From Alphaproteobacteria bacterium (GTDB lineage: Bacteria > Pseudomonadota > Alphaproteobacteria > MPNO01 > UBA830): 64,000 bases of DNA. Position 1 is the first letter of the stretch; every line of letters begins with the position of its first letter. Position numbers and translations under genes: made by a program. Positions 21,409 to 32,278 of the stretch are shown one piece after another. Under the pieces are notes generated by a model that saw nothing but the letters and a program-made list of their open reading frames with translations, was not told the origin of the DNA and made no database searches. The stretch spans positions 1,152,001 through 1,216,000 of the forward strand of contig OZ219790.1 of the NCBI GenBank assembly GCA_964291215.2. The letters run 5' to 3'.

Positions 21409-21462
21409 GTCCTTCCCCGCGCTCCGCGAAGCCTGCCTGTCTTGCGAATAGCCGTCCAACAG

Positions 21463-21474
21463 TTTAGGCTTAAA
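21463..21474. promoter_or_regulatory. Putative MarR operator in the divergent promoter
   Basis: Near-palindrome TTTAGGCTTAAA between the divergent RidA and SDR genes; similar to the site at 50989. Confidence 0.5.
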
Positions 21475-21497
21475 TCATTATCGTACAAGATGGTTCC

Positions 21498-22334
21498 GTG
21501 ATGACGGATCTCTCCGCCACAGGCACGACCGGCTCAGGCGCAGCCGACGCACGGGATGCGCCGCTCGGGGGACAGCACGCGGTGGTCACGGGCGGAAGCC
21601 GAGGCATCGGCGCCGCAATCGCCGGCCGGCTCGCCGCGCTCGGCGCCAGTCTCACGGTCATCAGCCGCGACCGGCAGGCGCTTCGGCATGTCGTGTCCGA
21701 CCTCTCCGGCAGGTTCGGCATCCCGGTCGGGCCTGAACCGGCCGACGTCACGCGGCCTGATCAGGTCAGGGCGGCCATGGAGGCCGCAGCCGGATCGCGG
21801 GGCCCGATCTCGATTCTGGTCAACAACGCCGGCACCGGCAAGAGCGCGCCGTTTCGACGTACCTCACGCGCGTTGTGGGACGAGATGCTCGAACTCAACC
21901 TGACCAGCGCCTACATGTGCACCCACGAGGTGCTTCCGGGCATGATCGAGGCCGGTTTCGGCCGGATCATCAACATCGCTTCCACGGCCGGCCTCAAGGG
22001 CTATCCTTACGTCACAGCCTACTGCGCTGCCAAGCACGGCATGATCGGCCTCACGCGCGCACTCGCGCTCGAGACGGCGCGGCAGAACGTCACGGTCAAT
22101 GCCGTCTGTCCCGGCTATACCGAGACCGAGCTGACCACGCGGACGATCGACAACATCGTGTCCAGGACCGGGCGAAGCGCCGACGACGCCATGGCCGAGC
22201 TCGCCGCGCTCAACCCCCAGAAGCGTCTGGTCCAGCCCCGGGAGGTCGCCGAGGCCGTCGCCTGGCTCGCTCTGCCCGGTTCCGCGGCAATCACCGGACA
22301 GGCTGTCGCCGTGGCGGGCGGAGAAGTGATGTAA
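21498..22334 (+). CDS. SDR, 3-hydroxyacyl-CoA dehydrogenase-like
   Basis: TGGSRGIG, NNAG, YCAAK. Confidence 0.92.
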   Translation: MMTDLSATGTTGSGAADARDAPLGGQHAVVTGGSRGIGAAIAGRLAALGASLTVISRDRQALRHVVSDLSGRFGIPVGPEPADVTRPDQVRAAMEAAAGSRGPISILVNNAGTGKSAPFRRTSRALWDEMLELNLTSAYMCTHEVLPGMIEAGFGRIINIASTAGLKGYPYVTAYCAAKHGMIGLTRALALETARQNVTVNAVCPGYTETELTTRTIDNIVSRTGRSADDAMAELAALNPQKRLVQPREVAEAVAWLALPGSAAITGQAVAVAGGEVM

Positions 22335-22861
22335 TGGACCGGAGCAACGCCCGCGCAGACGACATGCGCACGGACTGTGAATTCGGCGTCTGCCACAGCG
22401 ACCACATGGAATTGCGCGTCTGGCTGAGACTGTTGGCCTGCACGAATCTTCTCGATCACGAACTCAGGCAAAGGCTGACGCGGACCGCCGGAACCACCCT
22501 CCCCCGCTTCGACGTACTCGCACAGCTCGACCGCCATCGCGCGCCGGTGTCCATGGGCGAACTCTCGCAGCGCCTGATGGTCTCCAAGGGCAACGTCACC
22601 GGCCTGATCGACCGTCTGGCTCGTGACGGGCTGGTGGCGCGCAGCCGGTCCCCCGAGGACCGGCGTTTTCAGATGGTCGAGCTGACGGCCGCAGGCAAGG
22701 CGTTCTTTGCGAGGATCGCCGACGAACACCGCCAATGGGTGACAGAGATGATGGGCAGGCTGTCCCCGGACGAAATGGCGGCACTCTACACGCTGCTGGC
22801 GGGTCTCAAGAATTCGGTGCTTGCCAACATCAGCGAACAGACACCGGAGAAGGTTGAATGA
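22334..22861 (+). CDS. MarR family regulator
   Basis: [40 protein letters not shown] overlaps the upstream TAA. Confidence 0.92.
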   Translation: MDRSNARADDMRTDCEFGVCHSDHMELRVWLRLLACTNLLDHELRQRLTRTAGTTLPRFDVLAQLDRHRAPVSMGELSQRLMVSKGNVTGLIDRLARDGLVARSRSPEDRRFQMVELTAAGKAFFARIADEHRQWVTEMMGRLSPDEMAALYTLLAGLKNSVLANISEQTPEKVE

Positions 22862-23676
22862 ACAAACCGACGACCGCGGCAATCTCCCCACAGCACTTTG
22901 ACTGGCTAGTGGACGGAGCGGTCGCAACTATCACGCTGAACCGCCCGGAGCGCAAGAATCCGCTGACGTTCCACTCCTATGCGGAACTACGCGACACCTT
23001 CGCCGCGCTTCGCCATGTCGATGACATCAACGCAGTCGTGATCACCGGCGCCGGCGGGAATTTCTGCTCCGGCGGCGACGTGCACAACATCATCGGCCCT
23101 CTCGTCGAGATGAACATGAAGGATCTCCTGCGCTTCACCGAGATGACCGGAGATGTGGTGCGCGCCATGCGCGCCTGTCCGCAACCGGTGATCGCCGCCG
23201 TCGAAGGGGTCTGCGCCGGCGCCGGAGCGATACTGGCGATGGCTTCCGACCTGCGCTACGGAACCGCTGAATCGAAGACCGCGTTCCTGTTCACCCGCGT
23301 CGGTCTCGCTGGCTGCGACATGGGCGCCTGCGCCATCCTGCCCCGCATCATCGGCCAGGGCAGAGCATCCGAACTGCTCTATACCGGACGTTCGATGAGC
23401 GGCGAGGAGGGGCTGCAGTGGGGCTTCTTCAATGCCCTCTGCGATCCCGGGAAAACGCTTGAGACGGCCAGGGAACAGGCGGCGCGGCTGGCGAAAGGCC
23501 CGACATTCGCGCACGGCATAACCAAACGCCAGCTCCACATGGAGTGGAACATGAGCATCGACGACGCGATCACCGCCGAAGCCGAGGCGCAGGCCATCTG
23601 CATGCAGACCGAGGACTTCCGGCGCGCCTACCAGGCGTTCATCAACCGGGCAAGACCCGAATTCGAGGGAAACTGA
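22858..23676 (+). CDS. Enoyl-CoA hydratase family protein
   Basis: [26 protein letters not shown]. Confidence 0.92.
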   Translation: MNKPTTAAISPQHFDWLVDGAVATITLNRPERKNPLTFHSYAELRDTFAALRHVDDINAVVITGAGGNFCSGGDVHNIIGPLVEMNMKDLLRFTEMTGDVVRAMRACPQPVIAAVEGVCAGAGAILAMASDLRYGTAESKTAFLFTRVGLAGCDMGACAILPRIIGQGRASELLYTGRSMSGEEGLQWGFFNALCDPGKTLETAREQAARLAKGPTFAHGITKRQLHMEWNMSIDDAITAEAEAQAICMQTEDFRRAYQAFINRARPEFEGN

Positions 23677-23678
23677 CA

Positions 23679-24887
23679 GTGTCCGACCAGAGCTATCTCG
23701 AGTGGCCGTTCCTGGAGGACTCGCACCGGGCGCTGGCCCGCGACATCCGCACCTGGGCCGAACGCGAGATTGCGCCACTGGCCGAGGAGGAACCGGTTGA
23801 CCGGGCTGGCCTCGATGCGCAGATGAGGGAGCTGGTCGACCGCCTCGCAGCGGGCGGCTGGCTGCAATACACGGTGCCGGCGCCGTGGGGCGGGCGGACG
23901 CGAACGCTCGATGTGCGGGCCTTGTGCCTGATCCGCGAGACGCTGGCCTTCCATTCGGGCCTCGCCGACCTCGCCTTCGTCATGCAGGGACTGGGGACGG
24001 GCCCGATTTCGCTGTTCGGTTCCGAAGACATGCGGCACCGGTACCTGCCGGACGTTGCCGCCGGCAGACGCATCGCCGCCTTCGCACTCTCGGAGCCACA
24101 GTCGGGATCCGATGTCGCCGCCATGACGACCGCCGCACGACAGGACGGTGATAACTATGTGATCGACGGCGAAAAGACGCTGATCTCGAACGGCGGGCTG
24201 GCGGATCAGTACGTGGTGTTCGCGCGTACCGGAGAGGCGCCGGGGGCGCGCGGCCTGTCGGCGTTCGTGGTCGATGCCGATGCGCAGGGTTTTTCGGTCA
24301 TCGAACATTTCGACATCATCGCGCCGCATCCGCTGGCGAGGCTCGGATTCGAGAACTGCCGCGTCCCCGCATCGCAGATGCTCGGCAAACCCGGCGACGG
24401 CTTCAAAGTGGCCATGGCCTCTCTGGACGTGTTCCGCCCGACCGTTGGCGGCGCAGCGCTCGGCTTCGCCCGGCGCGCCTGCGACGAGGCGCTGGCCCAT
24501 GCGCAGGCCCGCCAGTCGTTCGGGAAGCCGCTGGCCGAACACCAGCTGATCCAGGCCAAGATCGCGGACATGGCTCTCCAGATCGATGCCGCCGCCCTCC
24601 TCGTCTGCCGCGCGGCCTGGGCGCGGGACACTCGTCCCGGCCGGGTGACCCGCGAAGCGGCGATGGCAAAGCTCTATGCCACCGAGAGTGCGCAGGAGGT
24701 TGTGGACGAAGCCGTCCAGATCTTCGGCGGCATGGGGGTCGTGGTCGGCTCGACCGTCGAACGTCTCTATCGCGAGGTTCGCGCACTGCGCATATACGAG
24801 GGTGCAAGCGAGATCCAGCGCCTGATCATAGCGGGTCAGGCGCTGGCTGAAGCCCGCGCCGAAATCGAGGCCGAAGCGGCCGAATGA
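23679..24887 (+). CDS. Acyl-CoA dehydrogenase
   Basis: [26 protein letters not shown]; GTG start. Confidence 0.93.
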   Translation: MSDQSYLEWPFLEDSHRALARDIRTWAEREIAPLAEEEPVDRAGLDAQMRELVDRLAAGGWLQYTVPAPWGGRTRTLDVRALCLIRETLAFHSGLADLAFVMQGLGTGPISLFGSEDMRHRYLPDVAAGRRIAAFALSEPQSGSDVAAMTTAARQDGDNYVIDGEKTLISNGGLADQYVVFARTGEAPGARGLSAFVVDADAQGFSVIEHFDIIAPHPLARLGFENCRVPASQMLGKPGDGFKVAMASLDVFRPTVGGAALGFARRACDEALAHAQARQSFGKPLAEHQLIQAKIADMALQIDAAALLVCRAAWARDTRPGRVTREAAMAKLYATESAQEVVDEAVQIFGGMGVVVGSTVERLYREVRALRIYEGASEIQRLIIAGQALAEARAEIEAEAAE

Positions 24888-24905
24888 AGCCTTCGGAGAA
24901 AAGAC

Positions 24906-26579
24906 ATGCCAGGACGCCTGCCGGGAGGACCTAGCGCCCACATCGACCGGTTCGCGGCCGAACACCTGCCGCCGCGCGAACAGTGGCCGGTGATGGACTA
25001 TGGCTCGCTGCCGGTCCTCCGCGCCTATCCGGATCGCATCAATGCCGGCGTCGAACTGCTCGACCGCCAGTGCGAAACGGGCCACGCCGCAAGCCCGGTG
25101 CTGCATTACGGGGAAACGACTTGGAGCTATGGTCAGCTCCGGGACATCTCGGATCGCATTGCCACCGTGCTGGTCGGGGACCTCGGCCTCGTGCCGGGCA
25201 ACCGGGTTCTGCTCCGTGCCGCCAACAATCCGATGCTGGTCGCCTGCTGGTGCGCAGTATTGAAGGCGGGCGGAATATGCGTCACTACCATGCAGCTCCT
25301 GCGCGCGCGCGAACTCGGCTACATCGTGGAAAAGGCCGAGGTAACCCACGCGCTTTCCGATCTCACGCTGGCCGACGCGCTCGAGGAGACACGGTCGCAC
25401 CAGCCGGAGCTTGCGCATGTTCTGTATTTTTCGGCGTTGGGCGACAGCACCGATGGCGACGCGACGCTGGACCAAGCCGTAGCCGGCGCCCGCGGCGGCT
25501 TCCGGTCCTGCGACACCGCGGCCGACGATACCGCCCTGATTGCATTTACCTCGGGCACCACCGGCCAGCCCAAGGCAACGATGCATTTCCACCGCGACGT
25601 CATGGCGATGTGCGATTGCTTTCCGAGGTCCTTTCGGATGTCGGAGCCGCATGACGTCTTTGCCGGCACACCGCCGCTTGCCTTCACGTTCGGACTTGGC
25701 GGCCTGACATGCTTTCCGATGCGGTTTGGCGCCTCGACCCGGTTTTTCCCGGGCCCGGTCGGCCCTGACGATCTTCTCCAGGCGGTGCAACGGTACCGAC
25801 TGACCAGCCTCTATACCGCTCCGACGATGTACCGGCAGCTCGCTGACCTCGCCGACGGCTACGACATTTCCAGCCTTGAGAAATGTGTCTCCGCCGGCGA
25901 GACCCTGCCGAAGGCAACATGGGAGGCGTTTCACGACGCTACCGGCATACCGGTCGTCGACGGACTCGGTTCCACCGAGATGATCCATATTTTTATCTCC
26001 GCCGCCCCCGCCGACATGCGTCCGGGATTCACCGGCAAGGCAATACCCGGATACCGGGCTCGGATCGTCGACGACAGCGGGGCCGAGCTGCCACCCGGAG
26101 AGCCAGGAATGCTCGCCGTTCAGGGACCGACCGGCTGCCGCTACCTTGCCGACGAGCGCCAGTCCTCTTACGTGCGCAACGGCTGGAACTACCCCGGCGA
26201 CATATACGAGATGAGCGAAGACGGATATTTCCGCTACGTCGCGCGCGCCGACGACATGATCATCTCTGCCGGCTACAACATTTCGGGGCCGGAGGTGGAG
26301 AACGCACTGCTCGACCATGATGCGGTCGCGGAGTGCGCCGTGATCGCCAAGCCGGATCCCGAGCGCACCAGCATAGTCAAGGCCTTCGTTGTGCTGCGAG
26401 AGGGCTTCGCCGCCGGCCCGGCGATGGATCAGACGCTGAAGGATTATGTCAAGAACGAAATCGCGCCCTACAAGTATCCGCGCGAGATCGAATTCGTCGG
26501 CGAACTTCCCAAGACCGAAACCGGCAAGCTGCAACGCTTCCGGCTGCGCGAACACGAACGCGGGGGGCACGCGCCGTAG
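24906..26579 (+). CDS. abmG: 2-aminobenzoate-CoA ligase-like AMP-binding enzyme
   Basis: SAHIDRFA N-terminus, FTSGTTG, GSTE, YKYPR, LPKT.TGK; abm-type gene context. Confidence 0.85.
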   Translation: MPGRLPGGPSAHIDRFAAEHLPPREQWPVMDYGSLPVLRAYPDRINAGVELLDRQCETGHAASPVLHYGETTWSYGQLRDISDRIATVLVGDLGLVPGNRVLLRAANNPMLVACWCAVLKAGGICVTTMQLLRARELGYIVEKAEVTHALSDLTLADALEETRSHQPELAHVLYFSALGDSTDGDATLDQAVAGARGGFRSCDTAADDTALIAFTSGTTGQPKATMHFHRDVMAMCDCFPRSFRMSEPHDVFAGTPPLAFTFGLGGLTCFPMRFGASTRFFPGPVGPDDLLQAVQRYRLTSLYTAPTMYRQLADLADGYDISSLEKCVSAGETLPKATWEAFHDATGIPVVDGLGSTEMIHIFISAAPADMRPGFTGKAIPGYRARIVDDSGAELPPGEPGMLAVQGPTGCRYLADERQSSYVRNGWNYPGDIYEMSEDGYFRYVARADDMIISAGYNISGPEVENALLDHDAVAECAVIAKPDPERTSIVKAFVVLREGFAAGPAMDQTLKDYVKNEIAPYKYPREIEFVGELPKTETGKLQRFRLREHERGGHAP

Positions 26580-26634
26580 CGCGGCAGCCCCGAATCACCC
26601 TTCTCCGAAACAGCCGCTTGCCCGGAATGCCCGC

Positions 26635-27333
26635 TCAGGCCGTGATCTCATAGGCAACCGTCCGACGCGCAAAACCGTCGAAGAGGTCGAGCATGCGTTC
26701 GCGCCAGGCAAAAACCGGATCGTCCGCGTCGAGGAGCTTGAAGGGACTGACGACCCGCGCCCACTGAAACTGGGAAAAGACGACATAGTCGGCGTAACCG
26801 GGCACCTCTCCGCACACATAGGCCTGCCCCTTCCGGAAGGAAGTCCGGATGGGGTCGAGTGTTCGATAGAGGTTCTTGACCCGGGCCTCTCGCTCTTCCT
26901 GCACCTCTTCAAGCGTGCGCCCGAACATTCTCTCCATGGTCTCGCGGAAATACTTCCGGTCATCGGGATGGGCGGCATCGAGGACATCGCGCACGATCAG
27001 CGGACCGAACGCCACGTTGACCGCACGGTCGCACCACGAATTGATCACGCGGGTCAGGCCAAAGCCGATCTCGCCGCCGAACAACGACGGCGCGTCAGGA
27101 TACGCGGTTTCCAGATACACGGCTATGTCCCATGAATCGGTGTGAACCGCCTCGCCATCAACCATGACCGGAACGCTGCTCGAGTTGGCGAAGGCGATGG
27201 ATTCCTTGTCGGTCAGCCGGATAGGCGTGATCTCGAATTTCAATCCCTTGTGCTTCAGCGCCATCCTGGCACGCCAGGAAAACTGGCTGTAGCGGCGATC
27301 TTCGGCACCTAGCAGTTCAAATAGCTGGATCAT
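26635..27333 (-). CDS. Glutathione S-transferase, LigE/beta-etherase-like subfamily
   Basis: LFEL...RRYSQFSWRARMALKHKGL, VPV, DSWDIA.YLE, YADY, W.ERMLDLFDG. Confidence 0.8.
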   Translation of the reverse strand: MIQLFELLGAEDRRYSQFSWRARMALKHKGLKFEITPIRLTDKESIAFANSSSVPVMVDGEAVHTDSWDIAVYLETAYPDAPSLFGGEIGFGLTRVINSWCDRAVNVAFGPLIVRDVLDAAHPDDRKYFRETMERMFGRTLEEVQEEREARVKNLYRTLDPIRTSFRKGQAYVCGEVPGYADYVVFSQFQWARVVSPFKLLDADDPVFAWRERMLDLFDGFARRTVAYEITA

Positions 27334-27901
27334 GGCTCCTCTTCACGGCCGCGGCGGGCATGGCCCGGTCATGGCTGCGGCAGTCATTGGCGGGAAAGCG
27401 TCGGTCAGACGGGCGGCATGAGTTTATCGGCCCGCACCGCCGCATGCAAAGAAAACAGACCCGCCGATCGGCGGCTGGCGCTCCAGCGACACGCGGGACT
27501 CTACCCTTCCAGCGGACCGCAGTCGATGCAGGCGCCGATGGCGAGCGTGACGGCCCTGCTCTCGTTTCCGAACCACGGAGGAATAACGGCGCCGGAGCCG
27601 CCGGCCGGCTCGTCGGACGCGCGCCCGGAAGAAGCGGAATCGGAAGACCCGGTTTTCGCGCCGGAGGAGTTTCTGTCCGGTTCCGTCGCAGCCAGCGGCA
27701 TTCCAAAACGGGTTTTCGCCACATTGCCTGAGGCCGCCGATGGATTCGGCGGCAGTGCCTGCGCGAACGTATCGCGGGTCGAAAGCAAGGGCCGGCCAAG
27801 GCGGGAGTCAAACCCTCGGCATGCGCGCCGGACAGCCCGTCGCGAGACCGTGTCCGTGCCCGACGCGTCGCAGGATCAGGGCGAATCCGGGCGGCGCGAA
27901 C

Positions 27902-27930
27902 TTGACACCCGCCGACGGTGCATGCATCAT
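27902..27930 (+). promoter_or_regulatory. Putative sigma70 promoter of the ABC operon
   Basis: TTGACA-N17-CATCAT, followed by RBS GGAGG and ATG at 27952. Confidence 0.5.
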
Positions 27931-27951
27931 CAGACAGGGAGGACAGCAACC

Positions 27952-29493
27952 ATGATCGAAATTCAACGCAGGGACTTTCTTGCAGGGGCCGCCGTTCTCG
28001 GAGCCTCGCTGCCGACATCGCTTCTGTGGTCCAACGAGGCCCGCGCCGCCATTGGCGATACGCTGACCATTGCCTACAACCTTCCGGTTCCGTCGTGGGA
28101 TCCGACAACCGGCACCTCGGCTGTCAACCCGGCCCTCGCCTCGATATACAAGTCGGTCTTCGACCAGTATGTCGACCAAGCTCCCGACCTGAAACAGATT
28201 CCGGGCGTGCTGACCGAGTGGTCCTTCAACGCGGACAACACCGGCATCCGCCTCAGGGTCGGCAAGGGACGCCGCTGGGCCGACGGAAAGCCGATCACCG
28301 CCGCGGACATCGTCTGGAACCTCAAGCGCCTCGGTGATCCCAAGACCGGCAACCCGATCCAGTTCATCTGGGGCAGCCTGAAGAATTTCAAGGTCGACGG
28401 CGACGTGATCACCGCCGATCTGGAACCGTACCGGGCGACGATACTGGGCTGGATGAGCTTCCTTGGCGCCTACCTGCTGCCGCCGCACTATTTCGAGAAG
28501 GTCGGCAAGGCGGGTTTCGAGAAGGCGCCGATGGGCTCGGGACCCTACCAGCTCGAGAAATACTCGCGCGGATCATTCGCGCGGCTCAAGCGGAACCCGA
28601 ACTACTGGGGCCCGAAACCGGTTTTCGAGACCGTCATCTTCAAGTTCGTTACCGACGTCTCGAGCCGGGTGTCCGAGATCGAGAGCGGCTCGTCCGACCT
28701 CACGCTCGATCTTCCGCACGAACAGTTCGACAGGCTTCGCGCCAAGCCCGGACTCGCCGGCGTCGTGCATCCGGTAAGCGACATCGCGATGATCTTCATT
28801 AACGATATCGGCCCCATGCTCGATGCCAACGTGCGCCGGGCGGCAGTACATGCGATCGACAAGCAGGCCATCGTCGACCGCCTCATGGGCGGGTACGCAA
28901 CACCGATCGACACCCTGCTGACGCCGAACTATGTCGGCTACAACGCGGGGATCAAGACGCCCCACGATCCGGAACTCGCGAAGAAACTGCTGGCCGAGAG
29001 CGGCTTTTCGCGCGAAAAGCCGGTCCGGTTCAAGATCCAGACCACGCGCGGCTACAAGCCCAAGGACTACGAAACGGTCCAGGCGATCGTGGGCATGTGG
29101 CGGCGGGTCGGCATCGAGGCCGAGATCGAGGTCTACGAGATCGCCAAGCACTTCCAGCTCCGGGCGCAGGACAAGCTCGCGCCGGCGGCCTATTACAGCT
29201 GGGGCAATTCGTCAGCCGACCCCGAGAGTTCGACCGGCCACGCGATGTTCGGACCGAGCCCCCATTCCGTGTGGGACGGAAAGACGCTGACGGCGATGAT
29301 CGGCAAGCTGTTCCTGGAGCGCGACTACGACAAGCGCATCAAGGGCTATGACGAGGCCAACCGCTACATCGCGGAGAAAGCCCTGGTGCTGCCGTTGTGG
29401 CAGTTCCACCAGCCGGTGGTTCACAAGGCCGAACTGAAGTTCTCGCCGCATGTCGCGAATTTCGTCCTGCCGGCAGCGATGGGCCGGAAGTAA
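27952..29493 (+). CDS. ABC transporter substrate-binding protein (family 5), Tat signal
   Basis: QRRDFL Tat motif, WADGKPITAAD, PMGSGPY. Confidence 0.9.
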   Translation: MIEIQRRDFLAGAAVLGASLPTSLLWSNEARAAIGDTLTIAYNLPVPSWDPTTGTSAVNPALASIYKSVFDQYVDQAPDLKQIPGVLTEWSFNADNTGIRLRVGKGRRWADGKPITAADIVWNLKRLGDPKTGNPIQFIWGSLKNFKVDGDVITADLEPYRATILGWMSFLGAYLLPPHYFEKVGKAGFEKAPMGSGPYQLEKYSRGSFARLKRNPNYWGPKPVFETVIFKFVTDVSSRVSEIESGSSDLTLDLPHEQFDRLRAKPGLAGVVHPVSDIAMIFINDIGPMLDANVRRAAVHAIDKQAIVDRLMGGYATPIDTLLTPNYVGYNAGIKTPHDPELAKKLLAESGFSREKPVRFKIQTTRGYKPKDYETVQAIVGMWRRVGIEAEIEVYEIAKHFQLRAQDKLAPAAYYSWGNSSADPESSTGHAMFGPSPHSVWDGKTLTAMIGKLFLERDYDKRIKGYDEANRYIAEKALVLPLWQFHQPVVHKAELKFSPHVANFVLPAAMGRK

Positions 29494-29566
29494 GTCTGGC
29501 GGCACGAGGAACCCGCAGCGAGCCCCGTAACCCGCGCCCGGCCGCCGCCGGACGCGGGAACCGGCA

Positions 29567-30574
29567 ATGCCCGCAAAATATGTCCTGAAACGGCTGCTGT
29601 TCGCGGTGCCGACCTTGGTCGGCGTTGCGGTGATCGTGTTCGTGCTCCTCCGGGTCGTTCCCGGCGACCCGGTATCGATGATGATCGGGCCCGAGGCAAC
29701 GACGGCCGACATCGAGAGGCTGCGCGGCTTCTACGGCCTCGACCGGCCGATCCTCGACCAGTTCCTGATCTATCTCGGCAACGCGGCGGCCGGGGACTTC
29801 GGCATCTCGATCAGCTTCAAGCAGGACGTGACGGCGCTGATCCTGACCCACCTGCCGCCGACCCTCGAGCTCGTCGCCTTCGCGATCGCCGTCGGCATCG
29901 CGCTCGGCGTCGCGCTCGGCTGCGCCGCCGTGTACTGGCGCGGGCGGTGGCCCGAGATGGCGGTCGACGGGCTGAACGGGATCGCGGTCGCGATTCCCGA
30001 TTTCCTGTGGGCGCTGCTGCTCATCCTCTTTTTCGGCGTCCTGATCCCGGTGCTTCCGGTTTCCGGCCGCATCGATCCGGCGCTCGCAGTCGACTTCGAG
30101 ACCGGATTTTTCCTCGCCGAGAGCGTCCTCCGCGGCAACGGAGAAGTCCTGGCGACGCTGTTGCGGCACCTCCTGCTGCCTGGCCTCGCGCTGGCGCTTC
30201 CGCTCACCGCCGTCGTCGCCCGGGTCCTCAAGACCTCTCTCATCGAGGCCATGGCGCAGGACTACATTCTCCTCGCCCGGGTGAAGGGTTTCGGCCGTGC
30301 CCGAACCCTGCTGCGCCACGCGCTTCCCAACGCGCTGATTCCGACGGTGACCCTGAGCGGCGTACAATTCATGTTCCTGACCGGCGGCACCGTCCTGATT
30401 GAGCTGATCTTCTCCTACCCCGGCATCGGCAATCTGGCAGTAAGCGCGGTGATCAACCGCGACCTGCCGCTGATCCAGGGAATCACGCTCACGTTCGCGG
30501 TCCTGTTCGTCCTCCTCAACCTGCTGATCGACCTCACCTATACGCTCATGAACCCCCGCGTGCGCCATGGTTAG
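29567..30574 (+). CDS. ABC permease (DppB-like)
   Basis: PGDP, GDFG, YILLARVKG..HALPNA, RDLPLIQG. Confidence 0.92.
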   Translation: MPAKYVLKRLLFAVPTLVGVAVIVFVLLRVVPGDPVSMMIGPEATTADIERLRGFYGLDRPILDQFLIYLGNAAAGDFGISISFKQDVTALILTHLPPTLELVAFAIAVGIALGVALGCAAVYWRGRWPEMAVDGLNGIAVAIPDFLWALLLILFFGVLIPVLPVSGRIDPALAVDFETGFFLAESVLRGNGEVLATLLRHLLLPGLALALPLTAVVARVLKTSLIEAMAQDYILLARVKGFGRARTLLRHALPNALIPTVTLSGVQFMFLTGGTVLIELIFSYPGIGNLAVSAVINRDLPLIQGITLTFAVLFVLLNLLIDLTYTLMNPRVRHG

Positions 30575-31394
30575 GCCGAACCCGCGCCTGGCTTTCGGCC
30601 TCGCCGTCATCGCGATGCTGGTCGTCAGCGCGCTGTTCGCGCCCGCGCTGGCGCCGCGGGATCCGCTCGACCAGGAACTCATGGCGCAGTACCTGCCGCC
30701 ATTCTGGTCGGCGTCGGCAGATGCCGGTCATCTCCTGGGGACCGACTCGCTCGGGCGCGACGTGCTGTCCCGGCTCATCCACGGCGCCCGGCCCGCGGTC
30801 ATCGTCGCCGCGTTCGGCGCGTTCTTCGCCGCCGCCATCGGCATTTCACTCGGGCTGTTCTCGGGCTTCTACGGAGGCTGGGTGGACGCGCTGATCTCGA
30901 GAACGGTCGAAATATTCATGTCGTTTCCACCAGTGCTGCTCGCGATCATCCTGGTCGCGGTGATCGGCTCCGGGCTGCACGCCGTCGTCATCGCCATCGT
31001 CGTCATCGACTGGACGCGTTTCTGCCGCGTCGTGCGCGCCGAGACTCTGGTGCTGCGCGAGCACGACTTCATCGCGTCCGCCGTAGCGGCGGGAAAGAGC
31101 CGAAGACGTATCCTGCTCGGCGAGATCCTGCCCAACGTGGCGCCGCTGATGCTCGTGCTGTTCGCGCTTGAAATGGGCATCGCGATCGTCGTCGAGGCAA
31201 TCCTGAGCTTTGTCGGCTTCTCGTCCTCGAACATCGCCACGTGGGGCGGCATGATCGCCGAGGGCCGCGAATACCTCCATCAGGCCTGGTGGGTGATGGC
31301 GCTGCCCATCGCGTGCCTCATCGTTTCCGTCTTCGGCCTCAACTGCTTGGGCGACGGGCTCCGCCAGGCCTTCGATCCGGTGATGCGCAAATGA
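30567..31394 (+). CDS. ABC permease (DppC-like)
   Basis: HLLGTDSLGRDVLSRL, ILPN, WGGMI. Confidence 0.92.
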   Translation: MVRPNPRLAFGLAVIAMLVVSALFAPALAPRDPLDQELMAQYLPPFWSASADAGHLLGTDSLGRDVLSRLIHGARPAVIVAAFGAFFAAAIGISLGLFSGFYGGWVDALISRTVEIFMSFPPVLLAIILVAVIGSGLHAVVIAIVVIDWTRFCRVVRAETLVLREHDFIASAVAAGKSRRRILLGEILPNVAPLMLVLFALEMGIAIVVEAILSFVGFSSSNIATWGGMIAEGREYLHQAWWVMALPIACLIVSVFGLNCLGDGLRQAFDPVMRK

Positions 31395-32278
31395 CCGCGG
31401 CCCCGATCCTGTCCGTCGAGAATCTGCACGCCGAAATCGTCGAGGGCCGGACCCCCGCGCCGGTGCTGCGGGACGTGACGCTTCGGATCGAGCAGGGCCG
31501 GGTGCACGGCCTGGTCGGAGAATCGGGGGCGGGAAAGACGATGGTCGGCAAGGCCGTCCTCGGCATCCTGCCACGATCCGTCCTAGTGACCGGAGGGACG
31601 GTACGGTTCCGCGGGAATCCGCTTTTCGGTCCAGGCGCGGTATCGGGCACGGGGTTACTGGGCCGCCGGATTTCCATGGTGTTGCAGGATCCCATGACGG
31701 CGCTCAACCCGGTTCTCCGCATCGAGGCGCAGATCTGCGATGTGCTGCGAAGGCATCTCGGCCTGTCCCGCCGCACCGCGCGGACGCGAGCGCTGGAACT
31801 CCTGGACGCCGTCCATATCCGCGAACCCGGCCGCGTCCTCAAGCAGTACCCTCACGAGCTGTCGGGCGGAATGCGCCAGCGCGTCATCATCGCGGTTGCC
31901 TTCGCCTGCGATCCGGACCTGGTCGTTGCGGACGAGCCGACGACCGCCCTAGACGTGACCGTGCAGAAGCAGATCCTGCAGCTGATAAAGGAACAGCAGG
32001 CCCGCACCGGCGCGGCCGTTCTGTTCATCACCCACGATCTCGGGGTCGTCGCCAAAATCTGCGACGAGGTCAGCGTCATCTATGCCGGCCGCATCCTTGA
32101 GACCGCGCCGGTTGCCAATGTCTTCGACCGGCCCGGCCACGACTACACCCGCGCCCTCTTCGGCGCGACGCCGCGCCACGACCGGCCGGACGCCACGCTC
32201 CGCCCGGTTTCCGACGAACTGACGGCAAGGCTGTGGCGCGAGGCCCGCGACTACGATGCGGCGCGGGGCGATGCTTGA
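31391..32278 (+). CDS. ABC ATPase (DppD-like)
   Basis: [28 protein letters not shown]. Confidence 0.92.
   Translation: MTAAPILSVENLHAEIVEGRTPAPVLRDVTLRIEQGRVHGLVGESGAGKTMVGKAVLGILPRSVLVTGGTVRFRGNPLFGPGAVSGTGLLGRRISMVLQDPMTALNPVLRIEAQICDVLRRHLGLSRRTARTRALELLDAVHIREPGRVLKQYPHELSGGMRQRVIIAVAFACDPDLVVADEPTTALDVTVQKQILQLIKEQQARTGAAVLFITHDLGVVAKICDEVSVIYAGRILETAPVANVFDRPGHDYTRALFGATPRHDRPDATLRPVSDELTARLWREARDYDAARGDA

Noticed and set aside
23628-26570. 980-aa minus-strand ORF (and similar long antisense ORFs such as 1018-2202, 14423-15502, 29339-30682)
   Set aside because: Shadow frames of well-supported opposite-strand genes in GC-rich DNA; no recognisable motifs.
27418-27951. N-terminal extension of the ABC binding protein (likewise 8629, 35254 and 60536 starts)
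   Set aside because: Better RBS, signal peptide or family N-terminus at the downstream starts.
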